Shown piece by piece: positions 9,226-19,941 of a DNA stretch of 61,939 nt (position 1 is its first letter; each line of letters begins with the position of its first letter). The notes beneath the pieces were generated by a model. That model was not told where the DNA came from, made no database searches, and was given only the letters and a program-made list of their open reading frames with translations. This stretch comes from Bacilli bacterium (GTDB lineage: Bacteria > Bacillota_I > Bacilli_A > RF39 > UBA660), in assembly GCA_017511945.1 (NCBI GenBank), contig JAFWHR010000007.1:1-61939 (forward strand). The letters run 5' to 3'. The translations under genes and the position numbers were made by a program.

Positions 9226-10267
9226 ACTCGATTTTAAAATGATAAATGCGACACTTTTAATCTTTAGTGTTTATCTGATTTATCAGACTAAAGACTTTTG
9301 GATTAATGCTGTATCTTTAATATGGAAAATAATTCTTCCTTTTGTAATTGCTTTTGCAATTGCTTATGCATTATATCCTTTAGTTAGGAAACTTATGAAT
9401 AAAAATGTTCCTAAAGGAGTATCCATAACTATAGTAGTCGGAGGACTTTTGTGTATAATTGGATTTATGTTAATATTATCAGCTCCATTTTTAATAGATC
9501 AAGTAAGAAGTCTATTTAATGGAATAGTTGCCTTTTTAAAACAGTTATCTATCGATTATGGTATTAATTTTAAAACGGTTCAGGATAATTTATCTGGTAA
9601 TTTTAACAATATTTTAAAAATACTTGGAAATTATATATCTAATGGTGCGGTAAGCGTCATAAGTATATCTTTTGACTATTTATCTAAGATATTTATAATA
9701 TTTACATCTTTCGTCTATTTCTTGATAGATATGGATAAAATTAGAAAAGTTTCAAAAGAATTTTTAAAGAGTAAATCAGATAAGATTTACAATTACTTTA
9801 AACTTATAGATGATGAGATGGAAAAGTATTTATCTGGGTTTTTAAAGATAATATTCATATCATTTGTTGAGTATTCAGTATTATACTCTTTAATTGGTCA
9901 TCCTAACTCACTATTGCTTGGAGGTTTAGCTGCCTTTAGTAATTTAATTCCTTATTTTGGTGGTATTATAGTAAACATAATTGCTGCAATTACAGCATTT
10001 GTCATTAGTCCAGAACTGTTTATGAAAACTTGTATAGTATTTATAGTATGTTCTGGTGTAGATGGAAATGTTATTAATCCTTTAGTTTATGGTAAAACAA
10101 ATAAGGTTCATCCGTTAATCGTCATAACTTCGGTATTTGCAGGTGGAATACTATTTGGAGTCATAGGAATTGTTATATCATTACCTCTATCGATAATACT
10201 TATCTCTACCTATAAATATTTTAAAAGTGATTTAATTAAAATTAAAAATAAGAGAATTAAAAAGTAA
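9212..10267 (+). CDS. AI-2E family transporter (PerM/YtvI-like membrane protein)
   Basis: 351 aa, polytopic, with a C-terminal pattern typical of the AI-2E family. Confidence 0.7.
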   Translation: MIKNKLDFKMINATLLIFSVYLIYQTKDFWINAVSLIWKIILPFVIAFAIAYALYPLVRKLMNKNVPKGVSITIVVGGLLCIIGFMLILSAPFLIDQVRSLFNGIVAFLKQLSIDYGINFKTVQDNLSGNFNNILKILGNYISNGAVSVISISFDYLSKIFIIFTSFVYFLIDMDKIRKVSKEFLKSKSDKIYNYFKLIDDEMEKYLSGFLKIIFISFVEYSVLYSLIGHPNSLLLGGLAAFSNLIPYFGGIIVNIIAAITAFVISPELFMKTCIVFIVCSGVDGNVINPLVYGKTNKVHPLIVITSVFAGGILFGVIGIVISLPLSIILISTYKYFKSDLIKIKNKRIKK

Positions 10268-10284
10268 TATTGATTACATAAAAC

Positions 10285-10314
10285 AAACTCTGACATTTTA
10301 TTCAGAGTTTTTTC
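10285..10314 (+). terminator. Rho-independent terminator
   Basis: aaactctga/tcagagttt stem followed by tttttt. Confidence 0.7.
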
Positions 10315-10342
10315 TATATACTTTTTTTGAGGTGAATGATAT

Positions 10343-11107
10343 GTGACAGTTTATGTAGATGGTCTTTTGTTTTTAAACTTTTTCTTTGATTTTATTTTAC
10401 TCGCTGCAACATCTATAGCACTAAAAAAAAACATTAGTATGTTTAGAATTATCTTAGGTGCTTTTATAGGAAGTATATCTATTTTAGTTTTGTTTTTTAA
10501 AGTTAACTCTATAGAACTTTTTATAATTAAAATATATTTAGGATTTTTAATGTGTGTAGTTACATTTGGATTTAAAAATGTCAAATCTTTCTTAAAAATT
10601 CAAGGTACTTTTTACATCATAAGTATTTTACTTGGAGGTTTTCTATACTTTATAAATTTAGAGTTTTCTTATAAACATGATGGATTAATATTTTTTCATA
10701 AAAATGTAAGCCCTAATATAATCTTTTTATGCATAATTTCACCTATTATTTTATACATTTATATAAGGCAGGTTAAAATGTATAAATGTAAGATTTCAAA
10801 AAGTTATAAAGTCAATTTATATATCGGTAAAAGGATAATTAAATTAGATGGTTTTTTAGATACTGGTAATAGTTTAACATTTAAAAATAGACCTGTTATG
10901 ATATGTAATTTAAAGAACAAATTTAAAAAGAAAAAGTACTATATAATGGCTAAAACTGTGAGTGGTAATAGTCTTATAGAGTGCATTAATATTAAAAAGG
11001 TATTAATAGAAGGTCTTGGGGTATATGAGAATGTATATTTGGGCTTTAATAGTAAATTAAAATTTGATGGATTTGACATTTTACTAAATTCAAAAATGGA
11101 GGAATAG
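10343..11107 (+). CDS. spoIIGA: Sigma-E processing peptidase SpoIIGA
   Basis: 254 aa with a GTG start. N-terminus VYVDGLLFLNFFFDFILL, polytopic, then FLDTGN (aspartic protease motif). Directly precedes sigE. Confidence 0.85.
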   Translation: MTVYVDGLLFLNFFFDFILLAATSIALKKNISMFRIILGAFIGSISILVLFFKVNSIELFIIKIYLGFLMCVVTFGFKNVKSFLKIQGTFYIISILLGGFLYFINLEFSYKHDGLIFFHKNVSPNIIFLCIISPIILYIYIRQVKMYKCKISKSYKVNLYIGKRIIKLDGFLDTGNSLTFKNRPVMICNLKNKFKKKKYYIMAKTVSGNSLIECINIKKVLIEGLGVYENVYLGFNSKLKFDGFDILLNSKMEE

Positions 11108-11108
11108 A

Positions 11109-11795
11109 ATGATAAAAAGGATAATTGAATATATAAGAGATTTGTTTAGAAATACTGACGTATTTTATGTTGGAAGTGCGGATAAACTTCCCGCACCTTT
11201 ATCTAAAGAGGAAGAAGTTAAGTATGTAACTTTATCTATGAATGGTGATGAGAGTGCGAGAGCAAAGTTAATTGAACACAATTTGAGATTGGTAGTTTTT
11301 CTCGCTAAAAAGTATGAAAATACTGGTGAGAGTTTAGAGGATTTGGTAAGTATTGGGAGTGTTGGCCTCATTAAAGGTGTTAATACTTATAAGTTAAGTA
11401 AAAACATTAAACTTGCAACTTATGCTTCTAGATGTATAGATAATGAGATACTTATGTTTTTAAGGAAAAATAAGAAAAGAAGAGGTGAGATAAGTTTTGA
11501 GGACAGTTTGAGTTATGACTCTGAGGGAAATGAACTACACTTAGAAGATGTTTTAGGCACTGATAGTGATATAGTCACAAGAGGACTTGATGAAAAAACT
11601 GATAAGAATTTATTATATACTGAGATTAACAAATTAAATGAAAGAGATAAGCAAATAATGATTATGAGGTATGGTCTATACGAAAGTGATGAGATGACTC
11701 AGAAAGATGTCGCAAGTATTCTAGGAATAAGTCAGTCATATATATCTAGAATAGAAAAGAAAGTTATAAGAAAGCTTAAACAATTAAATAAATAA
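11109..11795 (+). CDS. sigE: Sporulation sigma factor SigE (pro-sigma-E)
   Basis: 228 aa. Pro-sequence then YVGSADKLPAPLSKEEE, LIEHNLRLVVFLAKKYENTG and KLATYASRCIDNEILMFLR. Adjacent to spoIIGA. Confidence 0.88.
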   Translation: MIKRIIEYIRDLFRNTDVFYVGSADKLPAPLSKEEEVKYVTLSMNGDESARAKLIEHNLRLVVFLAKKYENTGESLEDLVSIGSVGLIKGVNTYKLSKNIKLATYASRCIDNEILMFLRKNKKRRGEISFEDSLSYDSEGNELHLEDVLGTDSDIVTRGLDEKTDKNLLYTEINKLNERDKQIMIMRYGLYESDEMTQKDVASILGISQSYISRIEKKVIRKLKQLNK

Positions 11796-11815
11796 TATAT
11801 TCTTAAATTTTATAA

Positions 11816-12907
11816 ATGCATATAATTAAATATGGTGATGTTAGTTTGAAAATTTACGTCTATGCGATATGTAAAAATGAAGAGAAATTTGTTAAAAGGT
11901 GGTATGAAAGTGTAAGTGAAGCTGATGGGGTGTATGTACTTGATACCGGGTCAGATGATAATACAGTAAAAATACTTAAAGAATTAGGTGTTAATGTTAA
12001 AAGAGAGATAATTAGTCCTTGGAGATTTGATATAGCAAGGAATAAATCTTTAGATATGGTTCCTAAAGATGCCGATGTGTGTATTTGTCTAGATTTAGAT
12101 GAAGTAATTGAAAAAGGTTTTAGAGAAAAAATTGAAAAGGTATGGAAGAGTGATACAACTAGAATGAGTTATACATATAACTGGAAGATAGTTGGTGACA
12201 TTCCTACTGTAAGTTTTTATTTAGATAAGATTCACAGAAGAGAGGGATATAGATGGGTTCATCCTGTTCATGAAGTGTTATCTTATGAGGGAAAAGAAAA
12301 TAGAGTATTTGATGAAAGCTTAATAATAAATCATTATCCTGATGAAGGTAAATCTCGAAGTTCATATTTGCCTTTGTTAGAACTTTCAGTAAAAGAAGAT
12401 CCATTTGATGATAGAAATATGCATTATCTTGGAAGAGAGTATATGTACTACGGAAGATATAATGATGCAATCGATACACTTTATAGACATTTAAATTTAA
12501 AGAGTTCTACTTGGAAAGATGAGAGAGCAGCTTCAATGAGATTTATCGGAAGGTGTTATAGAAATTTAAAAAGGCCTTTAGAGTCTGAAATGTGGTATAA
12601 AATGGCGATAAAAGAAGCGCCTCATTTAAAAGAAGGATATGCTGAAGAGGGAATTTTACTATTTGAAATGGGAAAGTATAAAGAGGCTAAAGATTTATTT
12701 TTAAAAGCACTTCAAATTAAAAAAGGGTATAAGAGTTATATTACAGAGTTTTTTACAACTGATTTTTATTTATATGATGTATTATCGGTATGTGATTACT
12801 ATTTAGAAGATTATAACTCTGCCTTAAAATATGTTAATAAGGCTTTAGAAATAAAGGAAGATAAGAGAATTAATAATAATAAAAAATTAATTATGGATAA
12901 ACTATAG
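11816..12907 (+). CDS. Glycosyltransferase-like domain fused to TPR repeats
   Basis: 363 aa. GT-A-like N-terminus (VLDTGSDDNT, CLDLDE) and a TPR-like C-terminal half. An alternative TTG start at 11846 sits behind ggtga. Confidence 0.6.
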   Translation: MHIIKYGDVSLKIYVYAICKNEEKFVKRWYESVSEADGVYVLDTGSDDNTVKILKELGVNVKREIISPWRFDIARNKSLDMVPKDADVCICLDLDEVIEKGFREKIEKVWKSDTTRMSYTYNWKIVGDIPTVSFYLDKIHRREGYRWVHPVHEVLSYEGKENRVFDESLIINHYPDEGKSRSSYLPLLELSVKEDPFDDRNMHYLGREYMYYGRYNDAIDTLYRHLNLKSSTWKDERAASMRFIGRCYRNLKRPLESEMWYKMAIKEAPHLKEGYAEEGILLFEMGKYKEAKDLFLKALQIKKGYKSYITEFFTTDFYLYDVLSVCDYYLEDYNSALKYVNKALEIKEDKRINNNKKLIMDKL

Positions 12908-12966
12908 TTAATTTTTTCTTTTATTTGATAAGAAAATATATTATAATAAAGTAGGGAGGAGAAAGG

Positions 12967-13827
12967 ATGAAGGATTTATTTGATTATAAACTAATATATT
13001 CACTTTTAATTATTACAATTGGATGTGTGATTGCTTCGGCTTCTTTAGAACTTATATTAATACCCAATATGATGATAGATGGGGGAATTAACGGTATATC
13101 CATAATTATCAATAAGATAATAGGTGGACCATTAGGTTTAATAGTTTTTGCTTTAAATTTTCCATTTTTGTTTTTAGGATACAATTTAATAGGTAAAAAG
13201 TATTTAATTAAAGCAGGATATGGTATGGCACTTTTTAGTATTTTACTTGAAGTGTTTGGTAGGTTTGATCCTATTATTGATGATACTCTTCTTGCGACAG
13301 TTTACGGCGGGATAGCCCTCGGTATTGGAGTTGGAATGATTATAAAACAAGGTGGATCGTTAGATGGGACTGAGACAGTTGCAATTCTCGTTAGTAGAAA
13401 ACAAAGTTTATCAGTTGGTCAGGTAGTATTTATATTTAACATATTCATATATGGTAGTGCGATATTTGTGTTTGGAGCAGAAAGAGCCCTTTATTCTTTG
13501 CTTACATATTTTGTGTCTTATAAGGTAATCGACTTTGTGTCTGACGGTTTAAATAGTGCGAAAGCTGTATTTATTATTACTGATAATGATAAAGATATAT
13601 CTAAACAGATATTAAAAAGACTTGGAAGAACTGTAACCTCTATATCTGGAGAAGGTTTTATTTCTAAGGATGATAAAAAGGTATTATATACTGTAGTTAC
13701 TAGGTTTGAAGTATCTATTATAAAGGATATATTAGATGAGACTAATTCTTCATCTTTTGTTACTGTAATGGACGTTTCTGAAATAATAGGAACCCATATT
13801 AAGAAACTTCCAGGTGAAAGTATATGA
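12967..13827 (+). CDS. YitT family membrane protein (DUF2179 C-terminal domain)
   Basis: 286 aa, polytopic, with a soluble C-terminal domain. RBS gggagga. Confidence 0.7.
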   Translation: MKDLFDYKLIYSLLIITIGCVIASASLELILIPNMMIDGGINGISIIINKIIGGPLGLIVFALNFPFLFLGYNLIGKKYLIKAGYGMALFSILLEVFGRFDPIIDDTLLATVYGGIALGIGVGMIIKQGGSLDGTETVAILVSRKQSLSVGQVVFIFNIFIYGSAIFVFGAERALYSLLTYFVSYKVIDFVSDGLNSAKAVFIITDNDKDISKQILKRLGRTVTSISGEGFISKDDKKVLYTVVTRFEVSIIKDILDETNSSSFVTVMDVSEIIGTHIKKLPGESI

Positions 13828-14423
13828 AAAGGTGGGTAATATTCAGTTTATCACTTATTTTATTTTTAATAATTTCGTATTTAGTTTCTAGAGGGGTAAC
13901 TACATCTTTTGATATGAACATTTATAAAATAATTACATTTAGTAACAATAACATATTTACATCTTTTTTAAAGTTTGTAACTTTTTTCGGGGGAGAGTAT
14001 GCAATTATACTTGTAATTGTACTGTCTTTTATTTTAATTAAAAATAAGAGATATAGTTTTTGTATATTATTAGATGGGGTTTTTATCGTTTTATTAAATT
14101 ACATTGTTAAAAATTTATTTATGAGAGATAGACCTTTTGATCTGATGATTATCAAGGAAGATGGATACAGTTTTCCAAGTGGTCATTCTATGGTATCAGC
14201 TGGTATATATGGATTTTTGATTTACTTAATTTGGAAGAGTAATTTTAGTAAAAAAATTAAAATTATCTTTACTGTATGTCTTTTAACTTTGATTCTTTTA
14301 ATAGGTATAAGTAGAATTTATCTAGGAGTTCACTTTCCAACTGATGTATTAGCTGGATACCTTTTTTCCATTTCATTTTTAATAGTATTCACTTTTATTA
14401 TAGAAAAGAGGAAGGTAATATGA
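13824..14423 (+). CDS. PAP2 family phosphatase (undecaprenyl-diphosphatase-like)
   Basis: Motifs RDRPF, SFPSGHS and SRIYLGVHFPTDV. Confidence 0.8.
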   Translation: MKRWVIFSLSLILFLIISYLVSRGVTTSFDMNIYKIITFSNNNIFTSFLKFVTFFGGEYAIILVIVLSFILIKNKRYSFCILLDGVFIVLLNYIVKNLFMRDRPFDLMIIKEDGYSFPSGHSMVSAGIYGFLIYLIWKSNFSKKIKIIFTVCLLTLILLIGISRIYLGVHFPTDVLAGYLFSISFLIVFTFIIEKRKVI

Positions 14424-14872
14424 TTTTTATCAATGCATTTATTTTAGGAATTTTTAATTTACTATATAAATATGAAATTGTACAAAACATGCAAGAATCA
14501 TATGAAAGTAATACTTCTTTTTTGTCATCTTATTTAACTAAGTCTAATGTAGAAACTCCTTATTTAAAAATATTTTTACTTTCTACTTTTATATCTTTAA
14601 TTATATATTTTATCATGGTTTTAGTTTTAGGTAGAGTGTGTAAGAAAGAAGTAATAGATGTTATTAAAAAACTCAATAATTATATATTTACCTTGGGTAT
14701 TATTGTATCTATTTTATCTCTATTTTTAAATGTTATTTTAGGTTTAGTTTTATTGGTCATCTCATTTATTTATTATTTTATAGTTATGTATAGAAAGTTC
14801 GGTAAAAAGATTATAATTATAGTTTTATTTAATATGGTTTTATTTTTAACATTGTATTTTATTTCATTATAA
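14420..14872 (+). CDS. Hypothetical polytopic membrane protein
   Basis: 150 aa. Start overlaps the stop of the upstream gene. Confidence 0.5.
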   Translation: MIFINAFILGIFNLLYKYEIVQNMQESYESNTSFLSSYLTKSNVETPYLKIFLLSTFISLIIYFIMVLVLGRVCKKEVIDVIKKLNNYIFTLGIIVSILSLFLNVILGLVLLVISFIYYFIVMYRKFGKKIIIIVLFNMVLFLTLYFISL

Positions 14873-14896
14873 AAAAAGCCTACCATAAGGCAGGCT
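14871..14896. terminator. Hairpin terminator between convergent genes
   Basis: agcctacc/ggcaggct stem (one mismatch) flanked by an A run, which is a T run on the minus strand. Confidence 0.55.
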
Positions 14897-14905
14897 AAAT
14901 AGTAA

Positions 14906-17020
14906 TTATTCCATAACACCAGTTGAATGTAATTCTTTTCCGAGTTTTTCTTTAGTTTTAGAGGTCATTTTACCTATTACAAGACCTATAATTAAAGGTA
15001 ATATCATATGACATATTAGTATAAACATGTACATTATATAATCACTACCATAGAATCCTCCAATAGTTTCTCTTGCAGCACTCATTGCTGGATAAAATGG
15101 CATAAACGGTTGTAAGATTTGGAATCCTCTAGGAAGTAGTTCAACAGGGAATGTTCCTCCTGATCCGGCAACTTGAAGTACCATGATTACAATTGAAAGA
15201 GCTTGACCAACTTTTCCAAATGTATATGTTAGTGAATATATTATTAACATAAACGTTAAACTTGAAGTCATAAGTGTTAGTAAGAATAATGGTGTATTTA
15301 CTGTTTGAATTCCTAAGAATAAATCTCCAAGACCTATCATTAATCCTTGTGTGACTGCTAGAGAGCCAAATAGCATAAATCTTCCAAAGAATATTTGATA
15401 TTTTTTAGCATCTTTTGTTATCTTTGACTTTTTAATATCTATTTTAAATATTGATGTAAGTAAAGTACATCCTACCCAGCAGGCAAGAACTGAATAAAAT
15501 GGAGTCATTTTTGAACCATATGTTTTAATTTCATATAGATCTATTTCATTAGTTTCTACTGGTGTAGATAGAAAGTCTGCTACTTCTTCAGGTTTGTTTT
15601 TTAATAAATTTAAAGCTTTACCAAACATTTCGTTTTTCTTAACTTCATTTATAACATTAATCATTTTATCTATGTCTGTCTCAAAACCTATTAACAATGT
15701 ATCTATGTTTGCAGAAAGTTCTCCACCGTTAGCAAGAGCACTTATCATATATCCCATTGCTGTGTCTACATTATCTAAAGAGACGTTTAAATTGAGAATT
15801 GAATCTGTCATATTGTTAATAGAATCTGATGCTGTTTTATACATTTTACTAAGTTCTGGTTTTAAAGATGTTTGATATTCATTTTTTAAATTAGTAAATG
15901 AATCATACGCCTCATTTGCTTTTTCTTTTATTCCATCTATGTTGTTAATTGCTTCAGTAGTGTTTACAAACATATTTTTAATTTTTTCCAATTTTGTAAT
16001 CTGATCTGAAACTTTACCTTCTATTATTTGAACTGCTTTTAGGTCAAACAGATTGTTTATCGCATTAAGAGTACTATCTAATCTTTTTAAGACAACTAAA
16101 GCTTTATCAATTTTTTGAGTTATATTATTTATGTTATCTCTAATATTACCTGAATTTAATTTATTAACTGTATCTAATATTTCTTTGATGTCAGATTCAG
16201 CAACGTCGACTATTGAAGTAACATCTTTTTCAATACTATCAGAAGTGGCGGCAATTTTTTTAGCCGCATTTTTCATATCAGAAATATCCTGTTTTGTCGC
16301 ATTTGAAATATCTGACATTTTTGGAAGTAAGTTTCTGATTGCAGAAAGTGATTTACTTGTAGAATCTGCAGCTAAATTTGTAGTATGTACTATAGTTCTT
16401 AACTGTCCAATTTTTTCTTTGGCATTATTTAATTTTTCAATTATAGCGTTTGATGTCTCTTCATTTTTAAGTGCGATATCAATACCATCAGCTTTTTCTA
16501 CAAATTTGTAGATTATTTCATTTACAAAAGCTTGGTTTACACTAGTTTGAATTGTTCCAACTGCTTTATTAACTATTATAGGAGCAATGGCATTCTTTTT
16601 GTTATTTACGTAGAAATCAAATTTAGGTTTTATAACTTTACCATCTTCCATAATAGTTGTAATGTTTTTACTAAAGTTTTTTGGAATTATGATAGCCCCA
16701 TAGTATTTTCCTTCTTTAGTATTTTTTTTGGCATTCTTTTCATTTGTGAAAATCCATTTCATGGCTTTGTTTTCTTTTAAACTATCTTCAATCTTATCTC
16801 CGACATTTACTTCTTGCCCTAGTATAGAAACACCTTCGTCTTTATTTACTATAGCTAGTGGAAGATTTCCTGTATTGTCATATGGGCCCCAGTTTGAATC
16901 GATATTAAGCCAGGCGTAAATTCCTGGAATTATGATAATACCGATAATTATCATAATTGCCATCTTACTTTTTGTAAGATTTTTTAAATCATTCTTAAAT
17001 ATTTCAATTATTTTTTTCAT
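14906..17020 (-). CDS. YhgE/Pip domain membrane protein
   Basis: About 704 aa. N-terminal TM, a long coiled extracellular region and a C-terminal cluster of TM helices. Start set at MKKIIEIF behind RBS aaggggga. Confidence 0.75.
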   Translation of the reverse strand: MKKIIEIFKNDLKNLTKSKMAIMIIIGIIIIPGIYAWLNIDSNWGPYDNTGNLPLAIVNKDEGVSILGQEVNVGDKIEDSLKENKAMKWIFTNEKNAKKNTKEGKYYGAIIIPKNFSKNITTIMEDGKVIKPKFDFYVNNKKNAIAPIIVNKAVGTIQTSVNQAFVNEIIYKFVEKADGIDIALKNEETSNAIIEKLNNAKEKIGQLRTIVHTTNLAADSTSKSLSAIRNLLPKMSDISNATKQDISDMKNAAKKIAATSDSIEKDVTSIVDVAESDIKEILDTVNKLNSGNIRDNINNITQKIDKALVVLKRLDSTLNAINNLFDLKAVQIIEGKVSDQITKLEKIKNMFVNTTEAINNIDGIKEKANEAYDSFTNLKNEYQTSLKPELSKMYKTASDSINNMTDSILNLNVSLDNVDTAMGYMISALANGGELSANIDTLLIGFETDIDKMINVINEVKKNEMFGKALNLLKNKPEEVADFLSTPVETNEIDLYEIKTYGSKMTPFYSVLACWVGCTLLTSIFKIDIKKSKITKDAKKYQIFFGRFMLFGSLAVTQGLMIGLGDLFLGIQTVNTPLFLLTLMTSSLTFMLIIYSLTYTFGKVGQALSIVIMVLQVAGSGGTFPVELLPRGFQILQPFMPFYPAMSAARETIGGFYGSDYIMYMFILICHMILPLIIGLVIGKMTSKTKEKLGKELHSTGVME

Positions 17021-17194
17021 ACTTTCCCCCTTAAAAACCAATTTGTGAATTATTATATATTAATATTATTTTTTGTCAAATTGACAATAATTAATTGCAA
17101 TATATTTTAATTAAAATAAAAGGTGTATTAGTTAATATTTTTGTGCTATAATATTTCCCATATTTGTTAATATTTTTTAAGGGGGAAGAGAAAT

Positions 17195-19849
17195 ATGGAT
17201 GACGGTATAGAATCTTTATTATATAGTTTACCAGAACATTTAAGAGAATCAGCTAAAACTACATTAGGTATTAATGATGACAATGATAATTATAGGGATG
17301 GAGAATTATCAGATGAAGTTAATAAAAAATATGAATCAATTTTAGAAAAGCGAGATTTTTTGAATAGTATTATTGCAAACGGACTTAATTTAAATAAAGC
17401 AACAATATCACAAAAAAGTGATGAGAGATTTATTTTAACCGCACTTAATTCTAATCCGAATTCTTTAGAGTTCGCAACCAGCGTTTATCAGGATAGAGAA
17501 GATATCGTTTTTTCGTTTGTTGATAAAGATCCAAGCATTTATAAGTTTGTTAGTCCTAGATTAAAAAAGATAAAAGAATTAGTAATTCAAACATTAAAAA
17601 TTAACGGACTTGTATTAGAATATATCTCAGATGATTTAAAAAATGATTTTGATGTAGTATATGAAGCTGTTAAGAATAATGGTATGGCTTTAAAATATGC
17701 CTCGTATAATATGCGGTTAGATAGAAATATTGTTAAGAAGGCAGTAGAAGAAAATGGCACGGCAATAAGGTATGCAAACAGTAAATTAAGTAGTTGCGAT
17801 AAGGAGTTAATACTAATTGCCTTAAAGACTCCAGGTGCTAGATTATATATACATGATATAGATGACGAATTAAAAAATGATTTAGATTTTATTATTGAAT
17901 GTTGTAAAATTGAACCTAAGTTTTTTTCACATGCTTCTAATTATGTAAAAGATATATTGAGAGTGCAGTATGTTAAAAGTTATGTAGAAACATTATTTGA
18001 TGGCAAACTTATGGAAATTAGTAAATCATCTAGAGAGGATAGTTCTACTTATATTTCAATAAGAGATAAAAAAAATATAGAATATTATGAATTTGATAAA
18101 AAGAAAAATAAATTTATTACAGAAGTTAAAAAATATTATTTAAATGATAGTATAAATAGAGATTTATTATATGAGATATTAAGAAATAAAATTAATTATG
18201 AAATCGATTTATCTATTTCTAGCATTGTATATCCAATTACAGATTTTAATAAACAGTTTGATATGTTTAAAAAAAGTATATCTAATACGTATGACTTTTT
18301 TGTTAATTTATATTGTAATGAGTATAATTTACCTAATTCTGTTTTTTTAAATAATATCAATTATGATGCATTACCTGATAATTTCTATAATCAGTTAGTT
18401 ATTTTAAAAGATAATATCTGCAAAAAAAGAGATAGTTTTAAAGATAAGTTATTAGAGTTAAGAGAAAAATTTTTATTCAGTAGTGAACACAGTATATTTA
18501 TGGACTTTATCGATAGAGAAATAGGTAAATATATTGATGAATATGATGGTAGTTATGATATTGAATCTGAACTAAAAAAGTTTAATAAATTCTTGGATAA
18601 AATAGAACGAATAATGAGTGATATTAATACATTATGGAATATTTTTTATAGTATTGATAGAGGAACTATTTCTGATTTAGAATTAAAATATTATAAAGAT
18701 AATTTATCAATAGAAGGTATAAAAAGAGATTTGGAAAGTTTAGATTTAGATAATTATGAATTAAAGCTTAAACAATTAAAAAGAGAATTAAGTTTATATG
18801 ATAATGATGATAAAAGTTCAGATAATATTTATAATATATATCAATTGGTATTGGATGAATATTACAATACTATTATATTATCTGAAGATCCAGGTTTTAA
18901 TGATGATAATTTTTTTGGTGTTATTAGTGATGTGTTTTTTGATTTCTATGATTGTTATTCTAAAATATTTAGAAAAAGTGACTGTTCTGCAAAAGATATT
19001 TGTGATTTAAAAGCATATATTTATGAATTTCAAGATAGAATACATAACTATAGAAATAGTGAAAAATATGCTTTTCATATAGCTATGTTTTTGAGTTTAT
19101 ATCAAAACCATAAAAATAGTATTAATAATTTGGATTATAAAGAGGCATTGGATGAGTTATTAGAAAGCAAATATCATTTTATTTTGAATGAATACATTGA
19201 GAAATTAAGTGATTTAAGATTAGTAAATAAGAAGAATATATTAAAAGCATATACTAAAAAAATGGCTATAGCGTATAATATTTATCTATCATATAAATAT
19301 GGGAATAAAAACTTTGAAGAAGTAATAGATAAATTTAATGAGCTTGATTTTGATAATATTATTTTAATCGATGATATTAGAGTAGGATTACCTTTAAATG
19401 ATGAATTTAGTGGCAATTATTATTATACTGTTAATGATTTTTCCGAGGGTGAATCAGAAATAATATTGACTACTTCAGATGGAGAGCATGTTTGTAAATG
19501 TCTTAGTTATGATTATGAAAAAACAATACCTTTAAGAGAATTTATAGAGGATATGGAATATGCTGGTGTTTGGGATATGGGAGTTTTAGGAATAAGACAT
19601 ATTATTTATAAAAATAATGAGTATTGTCTTGCTATACAAGAAGATATTTTTGATAATAATTATTTTGAAGTATTGCCTGTTTCAAGACTAAATGATAGGC
19701 TTATGTCTTATAGTGATGACATTGAAGAAGAGTATAGGGAATATGCTTCTAAAGAAAAATTCATGAATGATTTTGAAAAAATATTAGAAGATAGATACCT
19801 TGAAAGTATTAATAAAAAAGAAAAGAAAAGGAAATTAAATTTAGGTTAA
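17195..19849 (+). CDS. Large hypothetical protein with DUF4116-like repeats
   Basis: 884 aa. N-terminal repeats of the form D.E.V..AV..NG.AL.YAS at about residues 80-200. The remainder is Asn/Tyr/Asp-rich. No signal peptide. Confidence 0.55.
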   Translation: MDDGIESLLYSLPEHLRESAKTTLGINDDNDNYRDGELSDEVNKKYESILEKRDFLNSIIANGLNLNKATISQKSDERFILTALNSNPNSLEFATSVYQDREDIVFSFVDKDPSIYKFVSPRLKKIKELVIQTLKINGLVLEYISDDLKNDFDVVYEAVKNNGMALKYASYNMRLDRNIVKKAVEENGTAIRYANSKLSSCDKELILIALKTPGARLYIHDIDDELKNDLDFIIECCKIEPKFFSHASNYVKDILRVQYVKSYVETLFDGKLMEISKSSREDSSTYISIRDKKNIEYYEFDKKKNKFITEVKKYYLNDSINRDLLYEILRNKINYEIDLSISSIVYPITDFNKQFDMFKKSISNTYDFFVNLYCNEYNLPNSVFLNNINYDALPDNFYNQLVILKDNICKKRDSFKDKLLELREKFLFSSEHSIFMDFIDREIGKYIDEYDGSYDIESELKKFNKFLDKIERIMSDINTLWNIFYSIDRGTISDLELKYYKDNLSIEGIKRDLESLDLDNYELKLKQLKRELSLYDNDDKSSDNIYNIYQLVLDEYYNTIILSEDPGFNDDNFFGVISDVFFDFYDCYSKIFRKSDCSAKDICDLKAYIYEFQDRIHNYRNSEKYAFHIAMFLSLYQNHKNSINNLDYKEALDELLESKYHFILNEYIEKLSDLRLVNKKNILKAYTKKMAIAYNIYLSYKYGNKNFEEVIDKFNELDFDNIILIDDIRVGLPLNDEFSGNYYYTVNDFSEGESEIILTTSDGEHVCKCLSYDYEKTIPLREFIEDMEYAGVWDMGVLGIRHIIYKNNEYCLAIQEDIFDNNYFEVLPVSRLNDRLMSYSDDIEEEYREYASKEKFMNDFEKILEDRYLESINKKEKKRKLNLG

Positions 19850-19941
19850 GTCCAATTTTTAGATGATAATTAATTTGAAAAAATATAGACATTACAATTT
19901 CAATATTATATAATTAATTTATAAGAAAGGATTTGATGAAA

